In this document: positions 63,101-64,000 of the stretch, one piece after another
How the letters are laid out: every line of letters begins with the position of its first letter
Position numbering within the stretch: position 1 is the first letter of the stretch
Assembly: GCF_009914755.1 (NCBI RefSeq)
Contig: NC_060929.1
Direction: 5' to 3' (one strand)
Length of the DNA stretch: 64,000 nt
Source: the human T2T-CHM13v2.0 reference genome, Homo sapiens
Program-made: the position numbers and the translations under genes
The notes under the pieces: generated by a model
The model's database searches: none
What the model saw: only the letters and a program-made list of their open reading frames with translations
What the model was told of the DNA's origin: nothing

Positions 63101-64000
63101 TAATGAACATCCTTAGTGACTTCTTATAATAAAGACAACAATTGATGTGAAGGGATTGTTACAAATCTCTCATTGTGAACTGATGGCTTCAGACCAAAGT
63201 GCAATTCAGTAAGATCACTGGAGGATCTCAGCTGTCTCGGACTGTGGTCGTCCAGTGATTAGAGAAGTAACAGTTTCTAATTTGGGCGGAGGAGCATGGT
63301 GGGAGATTGGTGGGGGATGGCGTCAACAGTCAGAAGCCAAAAGATTAATCTCAGCCTCTATATTTAATTTGAGTTTGGGGGGACAAATAGTTCTCGTTTC
63401 CAGGCAACATCAAGTTCTCTTACATGCATATAGAAATAGATGCTTTTGGTAGTTTGTTTATTGGCTTATCTTTTGTCATGGTTCTTAGAAACAATTAACC
63501 AGCACTACCCCGCACTATGAATACTTAGAGAAATGGAAGCACTGGGTTAAAAAGGCAACCTAACTAAAATTATTGAGAATAATAATTTTTAAATTATTGA
63601 GAAAATAGTAAAAGAAGGTTCTTTAAATATCTCATCTTGTGTCATTTTGATTTATTAAAAGTATACTGATTATGAGACTACATTTTACAACAAAAGAAAA
63701 GGAAAAAATTGTAGATTCTCTGGACTTATTAAAAAATAATCCTGTGTCTATTTTCTCTAAATTTCAAATCCATGAAACATACCATTATAAATCTTTTTAA
63801 CCAAAAGGACTATTGCCATTGTCCCTAATTCCAGCTAATAAGTTATCCTGAAAAGCTGTCACTAAAACTTGAGAGCTGTGTTTTGATTTTAGACACCCTG
63901 TTGTTAATATCTAATAGTCGAACCTGATCAGATTGCCAGAGAAGGTTCTTTCAACAGCTGTGGCAGACCTGGCAACTCTGAAATTGGAAGATAAACAGTT

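Overview
Repeat-rich primate (most likely human) genomic DNA containing two complete, divergently oriented multi-exon genes. ESM1 (endocan) is on the - strand with 3 coding exons: 13165-12865, 9794-9645 and 7083-6980, giving 555 nt / 184 aa. GZMK (granzyme K) is on the + strand with 5 coding exons between 51934 and 61535, giving 795 nt / 264 aa. All splice sites, phases and poly(A) signals were checked by eye. The ~38 kb between the genes is dominated by three large + strand L1 elements (27137-30691, 34246-~40400, 40444-45955), plus Alus, MaLR LTRs, DNA-transposon fossils and microsatellites; a diverged U6 pseudogene lies in ESM1 intron 2. Most long ORFs in the track are L1/Alu debris. I see no new protein-coding system. 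The most interesting unexplained signals are: (1) an apparent L1 3' transduction (AATAAA, second A-tail and displaced 14-bp TSD); (2) two L1 copies 15.3 kb apart sharing identical nonsense codons and other apparently private variants, suggesting ectopic gene conversion; (3) a near-perfect palindromic T-box site in the GZMK promoter; (4) a candidate - strand TATA/first exon near 50.3 kb that could be a distal ESM1 or antisense promoter; (5) several template-switch and inversion scars in an old L1. Repeat subfamily calls and consensus comparisons rely on recalled consensus sequences and need RepeatMasker/Dfam confirmation.
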